Shown here one piece after another: positions 37,010 through 47,386 of a DNA stretch of 64,000 nt. The stretch is from the NCBI GenBank assembly GCA_047602425.1, contig JASGHG010000001.1, forward strand, positions 480,001 to 544,000, given 5' to 3'. The translations under genes were made by a program, and so were the position numbers. The DNA is from Nibricoccus sp. GTDB taxonomy: Bacteria; Verrucomicrobiota; Verrucomicrobiia; Opitutales; Opitutaceae. The notes beneath the pieces are model-generated. The model saw only the letters and a list, made by a program, of their open reading frames with translations, was not told the DNA's origin and did not search any database. Within the stretch, counting starts at the first letter, position 1. Each line of letters begins with the position of its first letter.

Positions 37010-38059
37010 TCAACACACCAGCGCCCGATAATCGACGAAGTCCGTCGTAAAGCCGCCGCGGAGTCCTTTGCAGATGGCAGATACGGCATCGTGGGAATGC
37101 AGCGATTCCAGATGTGCGCAAACCACCAGGAAATCCTTGATTCTTTTGTCGGTATCGAGTTGTTCGAAAAGCAATCGTGCTGCGTCCTCGACAAACTTGA
37201 TATACGCGCCGTTAAGTTCGGCGAAGGCCTGCTCGTCCTCACGTTTCACCATCACCTGCGTCTCGGTGCGCAATGCAGTGAGGCAATGGGCATGCAGATC
37301 CTCGATCGGAAGATCCTCGCCCTCAGCCAATTCGATGCGCACCCGGGCCTTCGAGCGCTGGCTGTGCCCGATCGCATAGGTGCCGCGTTCTTCGCGCGCA
37401 TGTTCCGCAAGTTCGGCTGAACATGGACAAGCCGACGAATAAACAAAATCGAATTCGATGAAGCGACGAAACGTGCCGTCGCGATCGAGCGACCCAATAT
37501 ACGAAACCACGTAATACCGGTAACCTTCCAGCCCACTGCGCAGGCTGCGCTGCACGAGCGGATAATTGAACGTGAGCTTCAGCTTCGCATCGAAGGAACC
37601 CACCGCGCGCCGGTGCTCAGTGAGAATTTTCTTCAAGGTCGACGTCGTGATAATCTCGCCCTTGTGCTGATAAAAAGAACGCATGATGCGGCTCATGTTA
37701 ATGCCCTTGTGATTGGCTTCCAAAGAAACGGTGCCGGTCACGGAGGTTTCAAGCGTCACGGGTTTGCCTCCTCTCACGGCGAACTTCAGTGGTAGCTTAA
37801 AATTGGATACACCCACTTGCTGGATCGGTGTGTTGGCGCCTTCGATGGCATCGTCCGCGTCCATCACATCCGGCAGCGTGGCGCGGTAGGCATCCGTCGC
37901 ACGGAAAGCCGCGTCGTAACTCCGTTTCAATTTCGCCGGCTCTTTGCCGCCCCGGATGCGATGCAGGTAGAGTTTTTTGGACGCTGGCGTCGTCTCTTTC
38001 TGCGTGGTCGATAGGGCGGGCGAATTCTTTGCGGCGGCGGATCGGATTGTACGTTTCAT
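37010..38059 (-). CDS. folE2: GTP cyclohydrolase I type B FolE2
   Basis: [44 protein letters not shown] and ESLHSHDA motifs. Confidence 0.95.
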   Translation of the reverse strand: MKRTIRSAAAKNSPALSTTQKETTPASKKLYLHRIRGGKEPAKLKRSYDAAFRATDAYRATLPDVMDADDAIEGANTPIQQVGVSNFKLPLKFAVRGGKPVTLETSVTGTVSLEANHKGINMSRIMRSFYQHKGEIITTSTLKKILTEHRRAVGSFDAKLKLTFNYPLVQRSLRSGLEGYRYYVVSYIGSLDRDGTFRRFIEFDFVYSSACPCSAELAEHAREERGTYAIGHSQRSKARVRIELAEGEDLPIEDLHAHCLTALRTETQVMVKREDEQAFAELNGAYIKFVEDAARLLFEQLDTDKRIKDFLVVCAHLESLHSHDAVSAICKGLRGGFTTDFVDYRALVC

Positions 38060-38320
38060 GTTCGTTTTTGTTGGTTCGGCCAGGCGGTTATACGAAAACC
38101 GTAGGCGCGTCGCGGACACCGGGATCGGAGGCGCGAACGTGCTTAGCTGGTCGGAAGTGAAAATGAGGGGCGCAATAGAACGTATCCCGGGGTCGCAAGT
38201 CAAATGCGGCCTCGCGTCTATCCTTCGGCGAACTGTAAGGCGTTTTACCCCCGTGTTTTTCCACTTGGGCGGGTTGATTGCATATCGCGCCTGCACAAGG
38301 TGTCGCGTCTTCCGCTCCCC

Positions 38321-38809
38321 ATGCCTTCATTACGCTTACAAGTTAACGGCAAGGTGCACACGGTCGAGGTCGCGGATCCGTCGACGCCTTTGCTCTGGGT
38401 ACTCCGCGACAATCTCGGACTCGTTGGCACCAAATACGGTTGCGGCATGTCGCTTTGCGGCGCGTGCACCGTGCACCTCGCTGGCAATGCCATCCGCTCC
38501 TGCTCTTTCCCGGCCATCGCCGCAGTCGGCCAGCCGATCACCACCATTGAAGGCCTCGCCGCCGACGCGGAGCATTTGCATCCGTTGCAGGAAGCGTGGA
38601 TCGAACACGACGTCCCGCAATGCGGCTATTGTCAGGCCGGCCAGATCATGCAGGTCGCGGCGTTGCTCAAGCGAAACCCCTCGCCTTCCGACGCCGACAT
38701 CGACGCTGAAATGGCGGGCAACCTTTGTCGTTGCGGTACCTACCTGCGCATTCGCGCGGCCATCCACACCGCGGCCAAACAAATTCCCGCGAAAGGAGCC
38801 TCGTCATGA
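38321..38809 (+). CDS. iorA: (2Fe-2S)-binding subunit, isoquinoline 1-oxidoreductase alpha-like
   Basis: [24 protein letters not shown] and NLCRCGTY. Confidence 0.9.
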   Translation: MPSLRLQVNGKVHTVEVADPSTPLLWVLRDNLGLVGTKYGCGMSLCGACTVHLAGNAIRSCSFPAIAAVGQPITTIEGLAADAEHLHPLQEAWIEHDVPQCGYCQAGQIMQVAALLKRNPSPSDADIDAEMAGNLCRCGTYLRIRAAIHTAAKQIPAKGASS

Positions 38810-41091
38810 ACGGTCCTTCCAACCCAAACCTTCCGCCATCGGTCATTGTCGCCGAGAACGAAATCGACGCTGCGCTCGCCCAGGCTGCAGGCGTCGCCCA
38901 ACCGCTGGATCGCCGCACATTTCTCAAGCTCACCGGCCTCGCTGGCGGCGGACTCACGCTGGCGTTTTTCCTCGGCGGACGCAGCGAAACCTTTGCCGCC
39001 TCTGAAACGGCGCTCTCGCCCGGTTCCGCATCAGGGGACTTTGCCCCCAATGCCTTCATTCGCATCGCCCCCGATGGTCTCGTGACCATTTACGCCAAAA
39101 ATCCCGAGATCGGCCAGGGCGTGAAAACATCCTTTCCGATGATTGTCGCCGAGGAACTCGGTGCCTCCTGGGAAAAGGTTCGGGTGGAACAGGCGCCCGT
39201 CGATCAAGCGCGTTTTGGCACGCAAAGCGCGGGCGGCTCGACTTCGATTCCAAACAATTGGGAACGCCTACGTCGCGCCGGCGCGGTAGCCCGCACCATG
39301 TTGATCGCCGCGGCCACTGCCGAGTGGAAAGTCTCGCCGGAGGAATGCACTTCGGAAAATCACGAAGTTGTCCACGCGGGCTCCAATCGCCGACTCGCCT
39401 TCGGCGCTCTCGCCAGCAAAGCCGCGGCACTGCCCGTGCCGGACGAGCGCTCCGTAAAATTGAAAGATCGCGCCCAATTCCAACTCCTCGGCCGCAGGAT
39501 CACCGGCGTCGACAATCGAGCCATTGTTACCGGTTTACCTTTGTTCGGCATCGACCAGGCCCCGAAAAACACGCTCTACGCCGTTTACGAAAAATGCCCT
39601 GTGTTTGGCGGCAAGGTCGTGCAGGCCAACCTCGACGAGATCAAAAAGCTTCCCGGCGTGAAAAACGCCTTCGTCATCGACGGCAACCAACACGACGACG
39701 AATTGATGCCGGGCGTGGCCATTGTCGCGACTTCCACGTGGGCGGCTTTTCAAGCGCGCCTGAAACTGAATGTTCAGTGGGACGAGTCCGGCGCGTCGAA
39801 AGACAGCTGGTCCGGCTTTGTCGAAAAAGCCAAAGCCCTCGCCGACAAGCCGGGAAAAACCATGCGGGCCGTCGGCGACGTCGATAAGGCGTTCGGCTCC
39901 GCCAAAATCGTCGAGGCGTCTTATACGTATCCATTTCTCTCACACGCCACGTTGGAGCCGCAAAACTGCACGGCGTGGTTCCATGACGGGATTATGGAAA
40001 TCTGGGCACCCTCGCAGACTCCCGGCGGCGGTGGCGATACTGTCGGCCGTGTCCTTGGACTTGCCCATGAAAAAATCGTCGTTCATCTCACGCGCATCGG
40101 CGGCGGCTTCGGTCGACGCCTGCTGAACGATTACATGGTCGAAGCAGCCGCTATCGCCAAACAAACCGACGCGCCGGTCAAGCTCACCTGGCCGAGAGAG
40201 AGTGACATGGCGCACGATTTCTACCGCGCGGGCGGTTTCCATCATTTCAAAGGCGGCGTGGACACCGCCGGTAAATTAATTGCCTGGCAGGACCATTTTG
40301 TAACGTTCGGCGCAGCCGATAAAACCGGCCGTGGCGCCGCGATGGGCGCCGAGGAGTTTCCTTCGCCCGTTGTCCCTAATTATCGTTTCGGTCAAACGGT
40401 CCTCGACTCGGGCACCCCCACCGGCTGGTGGCGTGCGCCGGGCGCTTGTGCCTTCGCCTGGGCGGTCCAGAGCTTTCTTCATGAGCTTTCCGTTACCGGC
40501 GGACGCGATCATTTGGAATTTCTCCTTGAGCTCATGGGCGAGCCGCGAAAATTCCCGCCGGAAGGGCGCAATCCTCTCAATACCGGCCGCGCCGCCGCCG
40601 TGATCAAGCTCGCTGCCGAGAAAGCCGATTGGGGCAAACCGCTGCCTCCGGGCCGCGGGCGCGGTCTCGCCTTTCACTTCAGCCATCGCGGACATTTCGC
40701 CGAGGTGGCCGAAGTAAGCGTCGACGCCAACAATCGCCTCAAGGTTCACCGAGTCACCGTGGCCGGCGATGTCGGCCCGATCATCAATCGCAGCGGCGCC
40801 GAAAACCAAATCGAAGGTTCGGTTATCGATGGTCTCAGCGCAATGTGGGCGCAGGAAATCACGATGGAGAGTGGCCGCGTCACGCAGTCAAATTTCCACG
40901 ATTACGCCCTTCTGCGCATGCCCGACGCACCACAAGTTTCCGTGCACTTGATCGAAAGCGACAATCCTCCCACGGGCTTGGGCGAGCCTGCGCTGCCGCC
41001 TCTGGCACCCGCTGTGTGCAACGCGATTTTCGCCGCCACGGGGAAACGCGTCCGCACGCTCCCGCTCACGAAGGCAGGTTTCTCCGCCTGA
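38806..41091 (+). CDS. iorB: Molybdopterin oxidoreductase large subunit, isoquinoline 1-oxidoreductase beta-like, Tat signal
   Basis: DRRTFLK twin-arginine motif, EIGQG, GGSTS, GGGFGRR and GLGEP. Confidence 0.9.
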   Translation: MNGPSNPNLPPSVIVAENEIDAALAQAAGVAQPLDRRTFLKLTGLAGGGLTLAFFLGGRSETFAASETALSPGSASGDFAPNAFIRIAPDGLVTIYAKNPEIGQGVKTSFPMIVAEELGASWEKVRVEQAPVDQARFGTQSAGGSTSIPNNWERLRRAGAVARTMLIAAATAEWKVSPEECTSENHEVVHAGSNRRLAFGALASKAAALPVPDERSVKLKDRAQFQLLGRRITGVDNRAIVTGLPLFGIDQAPKNTLYAVYEKCPVFGGKVVQANLDEIKKLPGVKNAFVIDGNQHDDELMPGVAIVATSTWAAFQARLKLNVQWDESGASKDSWSGFVEKAKALADKPGKTMRAVGDVDKAFGSAKIVEASYTYPFLSHATLEPQNCTAWFHDGIMEIWAPSQTPGGGGDTVGRVLGLAHEKIVVHLTRIGGGFGRRLLNDYMVEAAAIAKQTDAPVKLTWPRESDMAHDFYRAGGFHHFKGGVDTAGKLIAWQDHFVTFGAADKTGRGAAMGAEEFPSPVVPNYRFGQTVLDSGTPTGWWRAPGACAFAWAVQSFLHELSVTGGRDHLEFLLELMGEPRKFPPEGRNPLNTGRAAAVIKLAAEKADWGKPLPPGRGRGLAFHFSHRGHFAEVAEVSVDANNRLKVHRVTVAGDVGPIINRSGAENQIEGSVIDGLSAMWAQEITMESGRVTQSNFHDYALLRMPDAPQVSVHLIESDNPPTGLGEPALPPLAPAVCNAIFAATGKRVRTLPLTKAGFSA

Positions 41092-41227
41092 TGTTGCTCA
41101 GGATCGCTTAGCCTCCTCCGCTGACACAAACATCTTTCGCCGCACCAGTTTTCCGTTCATCGCCATCGTCTGGCCTCGACAAGCTTGCAAAGCCCGCCGC
41201 GCAGTGCTTCGACACTGGACGACAAAC

Positions 41228-42025
41228 ATGAGCATGCGTTTTTGCATTTTGGGCAGCGGCAGTTCCGGCAACTGCGCCTTCCTCCAGACCGAGCAAACGC
41301 GCGTCCTCGTCGATGCAGGCTTTTCCGCGCGAAAGACCCAGCAACTTCTCTCCGCTTTTGGCGAATCGCTCGAAAAAATTGAGGCGATTTTCCTGACCCA
41401 TGAGCACGGCGACCACGCGGCCGCCATCAATGGCCTCGCCCGCTATCCGCACATCAAGGTCTTTGCCAATTCGCCCACCGCACGCTCGCTTCAATCCGGA
41501 CTCGAACATCGCATCGACTGGCAACTCTTCGAAACAGGGACCCGTTTTCACTTCCGGGATTTGGAGGTACAGAGTTTCTCGGTTCCGCACGACGCCCAGG
41601 AGCCGGTCGGTTTCGTCTTTGCCCATGGCAACGACGACCTGCTTTCGCCCCGTCGCCGTCTCGCCTGGCTCACCGACCTCGGTCACGCACCGCGGCATAT
41701 TCATGAGCACATCCGCGAAGTCGACGTCGTGGTCGTCGAAGCCAATCATTGCTCCGATTTGCTCAAGGCCGATACCAAACGCCCTTGGTCCGTCAAACAG
41801 CGCATCAGTGGACGCCACGGCCACCTTTCCAACTCCAGCGCCCGCGAACTTCTTGAGTCCGTCGCAAGCCCGCGTTGGCGACAAATTTATCTCACGCATC
41901 TTAGCCGCGATTGTAACAGCCCGGAAACCGTGGAGCGGGCCTTTGCATCGACCAAGAGTACACTGAGTTGCACATTTTCGGTTGTGGCTCCGGGCGCCGG
42001 GACGCCCTTCTACGATTTTTCGTAG
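41228..42025 (+). CDS. MBL-fold metallo-hydrolase (YycJ/WalJ-like)
   Basis: LGSGSSGN, THEHGDH, PHDA, TDLG, EANH, GHLSN and HLSRDCN. Confidence 0.9.
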   Translation: MSMRFCILGSGSSGNCAFLQTEQTRVLVDAGFSARKTQQLLSAFGESLEKIEAIFLTHEHGDHAAAINGLARYPHIKVFANSPTARSLQSGLEHRIDWQLFETGTRFHFRDLEVQSFSVPHDAQEPVGFVFAHGNDDLLSPRRRLAWLTDLGHAPRHIHEHIREVDVVVVEANHCSDLLKADTKRPWSVKQRISGRHGHLSNSSARELLESVASPRWRQIYLTHLSRDCNSPETVERAFASTKSTLSCTFSVVAPGAGTPFYDFS

Positions 42026-42116
42026 CCCAACTTTCGATTGGCCTTCCGTCCGGAAACTCCAATGTTGGAGGCTCGCGTTTTTCGCTTCCAGTGAGACACG
42101 CGCCTAATTTTCCAAC

Positions 42117-43562
42117 ATGAGTTCAACAGAGACTCCCTTCCGCCGTACCAAAATCGTCTTCACCCTAGGACCCGCCACCGAAAGCGAGGAAATGCTCGAA
42201 AAGCTGATCCTCGCCGGCGCCGATGTCGCGCGCCTCAACATGGCCCACGCCAAGCATGACTGGACCCGCGCCATCATCCGCCGCATTCGCGCCGTTTCGA
42301 AAAAAGTCGGACGCGAAATCGCCATCATGATGGACATCAAAGGTCCCGAGATCCGCACCGGCGATCTCGCGGTCCCGATCGAACTTCGCCCTGGCGATAT
42401 TTTTGATTTCACCGTCAAGCCCGGCGCTCCTCGCGAAACGTCCGAGGAAATTCGCTCCGTCGACGTCAATTACAAGGATCTCATCAACGACATTAACGTC
42501 GGCGACACCGTGCTCGTTGACTCCGGTCTTATCCGCCTAGAAGTCCTCGAAAAGAAAGATGCGCACATCCGCTGTCGCGTGCTCGTCCCGGGCCAGCTCA
42601 CCTCCCGCCGTCATATCAATCTCCCCGGCGTGAAAGTTAATCTCCCTTCCTTCACCGAAAAAGATCGCGCCGACACCCTTGTCGGTATCGAGGAGGGCAT
42701 CGATTTTGTCGCCCTGTCGTTCGTGCGCGAAGCCAAGGACATCGAAATTCTCCGCGAATTTCTCCGCACCCATCGCTCTCCGGCACAAATCATCGCCAAG
42801 ATCGAAGACCAATCGGCGATCGAAAATCTCAAAGACATTGTCCAAGCCTGCGACGCCCTCATGGTGGCCCGCGGTGACCTCGGCATTGAGTGCCCGTTTG
42901 AAGACTTGCCGATCATCCAACGCCGCGCCGTGCAGAAATGTCTGCAACATGGCAAACCAGTCATTATCGCCACGCACATGCTGGAATCGATGATCACCTC
43001 GCCGATGCCCACGCGCGCCGAAATCACCGACGTTGCAAATGCCGTGTTTGAACGCGCTGACTGCGTCATGCTTTCGGGCGAAACCACCATCGGCCGCTAC
43101 CCGATCGACTGCGTGAAAATCCTCGAGAAAATCGCCTGCCGTATCGAAGACGAGTTGGCCGAGGATCGTTCCGAACCCGCGACATTCTCGCACGAAAAAA
43201 TGAAGGTGCTGCGCTCCGCCGTCGTCATGGCCAACGAAGTTCCCGGCTCGCAAATTCTGACCTTCACCCGCCAAGGCTTCATGGCCCGCGGCCTCGCCGC
43301 CCTGCGCCCACCGCGCGCACCCGTCCTCGCCTTCACGCCCTCGATCGAAGTTCTGCGTCAAATGCGCCTCCTCCGCTCGGTCGAAGGCTTTCTGCTGCCA
43401 CTGGAATCGAATCCCGACGAAACCATTCGCCACGCGATCTCGCACCTCGTGAAAACGAAACGCCTGAAAGTCGGCGACAAACTCATCGTCGTAACCGACA
43501 TCCTCTCGCACGACCGCCTGATCGACAGCGTCCAACTCCGCACCATCCGCGCCACGGATTAA
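42117..43562 (+). CDS. pyk: Pyruvate kinase
   Basis: RRTKIVFTLGPA, DIKGPEIRTG, IIAKIE, MVARGDLG, PTRAE and MLSGET. Confidence 0.97.
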   Translation: MSSTETPFRRTKIVFTLGPATESEEMLEKLILAGADVARLNMAHAKHDWTRAIIRRIRAVSKKVGREIAIMMDIKGPEIRTGDLAVPIELRPGDIFDFTVKPGAPRETSEEIRSVDVNYKDLINDINVGDTVLVDSGLIRLEVLEKKDAHIRCRVLVPGQLTSRRHINLPGVKVNLPSFTEKDRADTLVGIEEGIDFVALSFVREAKDIEILREFLRTHRSPAQIIAKIEDQSAIENLKDIVQACDALMVARGDLGIECPFEDLPIIQRRAVQKCLQHGKPVIIATHMLESMITSPMPTRAEITDVANAVFERADCVMLSGETTIGRYPIDCVKILEKIACRIEDELAEDRSEPATFSHEKMKVLRSAVVMANEVPGSQILTFTRQGFMARGLAALRPPRAPVLAFTPSIEVLRQMRLLRSVEGFLLPLESNPDETIRHAISHLVKTKRLKVGDKLIVVTDILSHDRLIDSVQLRTIRATD

Positions 43563-43617
43563 AACGAGCCTCAAAAGGCCAACAGACCGTCCATCCGAGT
43601 CTGTTTCAAATACATTC

Positions 43618-43646
43618 AAATCCCGCCCTAACCCGCGGGATTTTTT
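43618..43646 (+). terminator. Intrinsic terminator after pyk
   Basis: AAATCCCGC-loop-GCGGGA-T6. Confidence 0.75.
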
Positions 43647-43760
43647 ATTGGCCGTAGCCGAACCACAATCTAGCGACAAGCCACCGCGCCGGTCGTTAAA
43701 AATCGATATCTTAAAACTTCAACTTCCCACCTCAACGAGCGATGGCGCGCAGCGCCATCG

Positions 43761-45818
43761 CTAATCCAGCGAAGGCTGATACTCAGGAATCAGCACCTTC
43801 AAGTTTCGCTTAATGTCGTTGGCCGAAAGCTCGTCCGTGAACGGCTCCAATTCCGCCATCGCCTGACGGCTTGCCTTGGTCGCATCGCTGCTCGTCACAA
43901 AACGCATGATTCGGGGATGCTCCGTCGGCAAATGTTGTTCGTCCACGTGCTGGAGCTCCTCGTAAAGTTTTTCGCCCGGCTTTAGACCTGTGAACTTGAT
44001 ATCGATATCCTCGCCCACCTTGTAGCCACTCAGCTCGATCATCTGGCGGGCCAGATCGACGATCTTCACCGGCTTGCCCATATCGAGCACGAAAATTTCC
44101 CCACCCTTGCCGAGCGCGCTCGCCTGCATCACCAAACCGACCGCTTCCGGAATAGTCATAAAATAACGAATCACATCCGGGTGCGTGACCGTGACCGGAC
44201 CACCCGCTTCGATCTGCTTTTTGAAAATCGGCACCACGCTGCCGGACGAACCCAACACATTGCCAAAACGCACAGCCATTAGCTTCGTTTTCGAAGAGCC
44301 GGTCGCAAACTGAGCCGCCGTATCCGTCACAAGTTGTGGCGGACGACTTGACCCGCCGGTAGAAGTAACCTCCTGGCGCGAGACATCACCAACCGTTGAA
44401 GAAGCCGTCTTCGCGCTTACCTTCGCCGCCGAGCGCATCGCAGCCACCGCTTGACGCTCAAGTTGCGCCTCCGCGATGACTTCATTGCTCAACGCTTGCA
44501 GATGCAATTCCGCCAAACGCTTGCTCGCGCCCATCACATTAGTCGGATTGATGGCTTTGTCGGTCGAAATCATAACGAAAGCCTCAGCCGCATAATCGAT
44601 CGCCAATTGCGCGAGCTTTCTTGTCCCAATCGAGTTGTTTTTAATCGCCTCGGAAGGCTGCCGCTCCATCAGGTAAACATGTTTGTGCGCAGCGGCGTGA
44701 AAAACCACCTGTGGACTATGCAGCTCGAAAATCGCCTTCATCCGCCCTTGGTCTAAAATATCTGCGACGAGTGGAAGAATCAGTCCGCCCAAACCCAGTC
44801 CGTTCATCTCTTGTTCGATCACAAAAAGTGAAGGCTCGGACTGCTCCACCATCAACACGCGTCGGGGGTTAAGATTGGCGATCTGGCGACAAAGTTCGCT
44901 GCCGATACTCCCGCCTGCGCCCGTCACCATCACCACCTTGTTCTCCACGAAATGGCGAATGGATTTACTATCGAGCTGAATAGCCTCACGCCCCAGCAAA
45001 TCTTGAATTTCGATCGGGCGAATCTTGCTCACCCGCGCTTTGCCCGACGCCATGTCCTCGAGCGCCGGTATAGTCTCTACTTGTACACCGCCCTTACCCA
45101 GAAACAGCGCGATTTCGCCAATTCGCTTCGCCGAAGCCGAAGGCATGGCGACGATTGCACGCCGCACACCAACCAATGACTTCAACTCAAAAAAATCCTC
45201 CGCCACACCATCCACCATCACACCATGGATAAACTTCCCATGTTTGCTCCGGTCGTCATCGAGAAAGGCCACCGGTTTAAAACCTCTTCCCGGCATACTG
45301 AGCAAATCCGTAGCCAACGAAGCCCCTGCATCGCCCGCGCCAATGATCGCAATCCGCTCCATCCGCCGATCCCCCAATTTCTTCCCTATCATGATTCGCT
45401 CACGATAAAGCCGCAGCGCCATGCGAAACGCGCAAAAGCATACCACTGACAACAGCAAATCCACCAACAACACCCCGCGCGGCGGCGTGTATAGCGGATA
45501 CCCCGCCATGCGCGGCACGATCATTAAGGCACTAGAAACCAACAACGCCGAAGTCAGTCGCACAAAATCCGGTATGCTGAAATAAGTCAGCATCGTCCCC
45601 ATCTGCCCAAAGACGACCAACGCCACCAGTTTCACCGCCAGCAGTAACCCAATGATCCGCATACGGTCAGCTTGGAACTCAGCAGTCGGCGCAAAATCAA
45701 AACGCACCTCGTAAGCAACGTAAAAACAGCACACCACGATTGCCGCATAAAGCGCCAATACGATAAGGAACCGATAGCTCAGCACATCCCGAGCCGCCTG
45801 AGTGAGAGATCTTTTCAC
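43761..45818 (-). CDS. Membrane-bound UDP-GlcNAc 4,6-dehydratase (CapD/WbpM/PglF family)
   Basis: Four N-terminal TMs; DLLGR, TGAGGSIGSELC, HAAAHKHV, STDKAINPTNVMGASKR, VRFGNVLGS and PGEKLYEEL. Confidence 0.93.
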   Translation of the reverse strand: MKRSLTQAARDVLSYRFLIVLALYAAIVVCCFYVAYEVRFDFAPTAEFQADRMRIIGLLLAVKLVALVVFGQMGTMLTYFSIPDFVRLTSALLVSSALMIVPRMAGYPLYTPPRGVLLVDLLLSVVCFCAFRMALRLYRERIMIGKKLGDRRMERIAIIGAGDAGASLATDLLSMPGRGFKPVAFLDDDRSKHGKFIHGVMVDGVAEDFFELKSLVGVRRAIVAMPSASAKRIGEIALFLGKGGVQVETIPALEDMASGKARVSKIRPIEIQDLLGREAIQLDSKSIRHFVENKVVMVTGAGGSIGSELCRQIANLNPRRVLMVEQSEPSLFVIEQEMNGLGLGGLILPLVADILDQGRMKAIFELHSPQVVFHAAAHKHVYLMERQPSEAIKNNSIGTRKLAQLAIDYAAEAFVMISTDKAINPTNVMGASKRLAELHLQALSNEVIAEAQLERQAVAAMRSAAKVSAKTASSTVGDVSRQEVTSTGGSSRPPQLVTDTAAQFATGSSKTKLMAVRFGNVLGSSGSVVPIFKKQIEAGGPVTVTHPDVIRYFMTIPEAVGLVMQASALGKGGEIFVLDMGKPVKIVDLARQMIELSGYKVGEDIDIKFTGLKPGEKLYEELQHVDEQHLPTEHPRIMRFVTSSDATKASRQAMAELEPFTDELSANDIKRNLKVLIPEYQPSLD

Positions 45819-46146
45819 AAAAGAGTTTTAAGGTGGATCCGAATCCCTACCCGGTCTTCATAAAAATTTCACGCAAAATCGCATAGTTCAATGAGCGCAG
45901 CAAAACAAGTTCGCTCCATAACACCGTATGGACGTCCTCAATATCTTGAGTAGATGCCGAATAATCCCGCGGCAAGAGTCAAACGTGGTCGATGAAGAGA
46001 AGCTCTCTCGAGCACGGGATTACGACGCGAGAAAACCGCAGCATTAGCGCGAAGTATGGATAGGGTTACGTAACATGGGGCGGATATGGCCTATAGCATA
46101 GCGTTTCCCGCAGTTCTAAGCCAGGGTCATAATAACCAGCAATTCG

Positions 46147-47172
46147 CTATCCATATTTGCTGTAGTCATATCCTACACCCGCATCCGCAAGAATCTTATG
46201 CACATTTATGTCTCCCCTCATAATTTCTGCACTGAGCTCGTCAGGAAACAATTTCTTGATCAGCTCATTGTCCAAAAGCTCAGGAAACCATTCTTTTCCC
46301 AAGCGACTAAGTTTTTTTTGCACCAACGCCTGATACCCTCCATACGGCGTCTTTAGCTGCTGAAGACAGATACTAGCGTGTTGATCGACACCAAACGAAA
46401 TATTCCTTAAAATATCTATTCTACGCCACTTGATACTCCTACAAATATTATACACAACATAAAACAACTTATCCACCCAGCCACTCGAAAAAGACTTACC
46501 GACTGGAGCAGTAGCATCCGACATTCCTGTATAATAATAGTTAACCCAGCTATTAACGCGAAGAAATTCGCTGTATACTTCCAATCCAGAGACAGGAATA
46601 AGATTCTTAATTTCAGTTGCCGTATAGAAATTCCTATTAGGCACCAGCAGAATTCGTTCATCCATAACGTAACTTATGCACAATTCAGGCTCCTGTTTAC
46701 TGCGAGGGAAAATGTAGCGCAGTCCACGCAGTATATTGTAAAGCCAAAGACATTGGCTTCTAGTTATTAGAAATATATCAATATCCAAGTGATTATTCCG
46801 GTCCCTAACCGGATTACTAGCCGCCAAGGACCCCGATATTCCAACGAATTTTACTATAGGATTTTTAGCAATTTTATTGAGACAAGCCAAACGGGAATTG
46901 ATAAGCTTTCTTGCTGTTGCTATTTTGGAAGCCTTGACCGCAATCTTGTCTTCAAGGCTCGGTAGAGCAGCAAAGCCATCATTTAGAACTATTTTCCCTT
47001 TCAAGTGCAGCTCATTCAGCGCGGCGTAAAACGCATCTCGTTCAGATACTCCAAGCCTTGCCGCTATCTCTTCAATGCCAATAACATCATTAAAAACGCC
47101 AGCATAACAGACTAAAGTTGCGATCCCAGCAGACAGAGGCAGATCCGACCATATGCTTGCTTTTGAGTTCAT
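46147..47172 (-). CDS. Hypothetical protein with Pol-beta-type nucleotidyltransferase motif
   Basis: VGISGSLA...LDIDIFLIT (hG[GS]..DxD) after a short N-terminal HTH-like region; AT-rich. Confidence 0.65.
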   Translation of the reverse strand: MNSKASIWSDLPLSAGIATLVCYAGVFNDVIGIEEIAARLGVSERDAFYAALNELHLKGKIVLNDGFAALPSLEDKIAVKASKIATARKLINSRLACLNKIAKNPIVKFVGISGSLAASNPVRDRNNHLDIDIFLITRSQCLWLYNILRGLRYIFPRSKQEPELCISYVMDERILLVPNRNFYTATEIKNLIPVSGLEVYSEFLRVNSWVNYYYTGMSDATAPVGKSFSSGWVDKLFYVVYNICRSIKWRRIDILRNISFGVDQHASICLQQLKTPYGGYQALVQKKLSRLGKEWFPELLDNELIKKLFPDELSAEIMRGDINVHKILADAGVGYDYSKYG

Positions 47173-47386
47173 GACTTGTGAACCTTTCAAGGAGGCCCAA
47201 ATCAGAACAAATGCAGGAAAATTTCAGTAACAGACCAGTTACGCTTTTTTCTAGATCACGCACGACACGATATGGAGCGATAAATCGAATAGTAAAACGC
47301 CAGAGCGTCATGCATAGTAAGGAGCAACGCTATTGACCTGCATTGAACCTCAATAGCCTAGAACTCCTACGCAGCTAAATAATGCA

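Noticed and set aside
37010..41091. Functional link between folE2 and the divergent iorAB (pterin supply)
   Set aside because: Molybdopterin is made via MoaA/MoaC, not GTP cyclohydrolase I; the adjacency is probably incidental.
44289..44489. Intein in the CapD-like gene
   Set aside because: No intein block motifs or terminal His-Asn, and too short.
45830..45860. tRNA 3'-end-like sequence (GGATCCGAATCCC) as an integration site
   Set aside because: No TTC T-loop, cloverleaf or CCA, and no integrase in the window.
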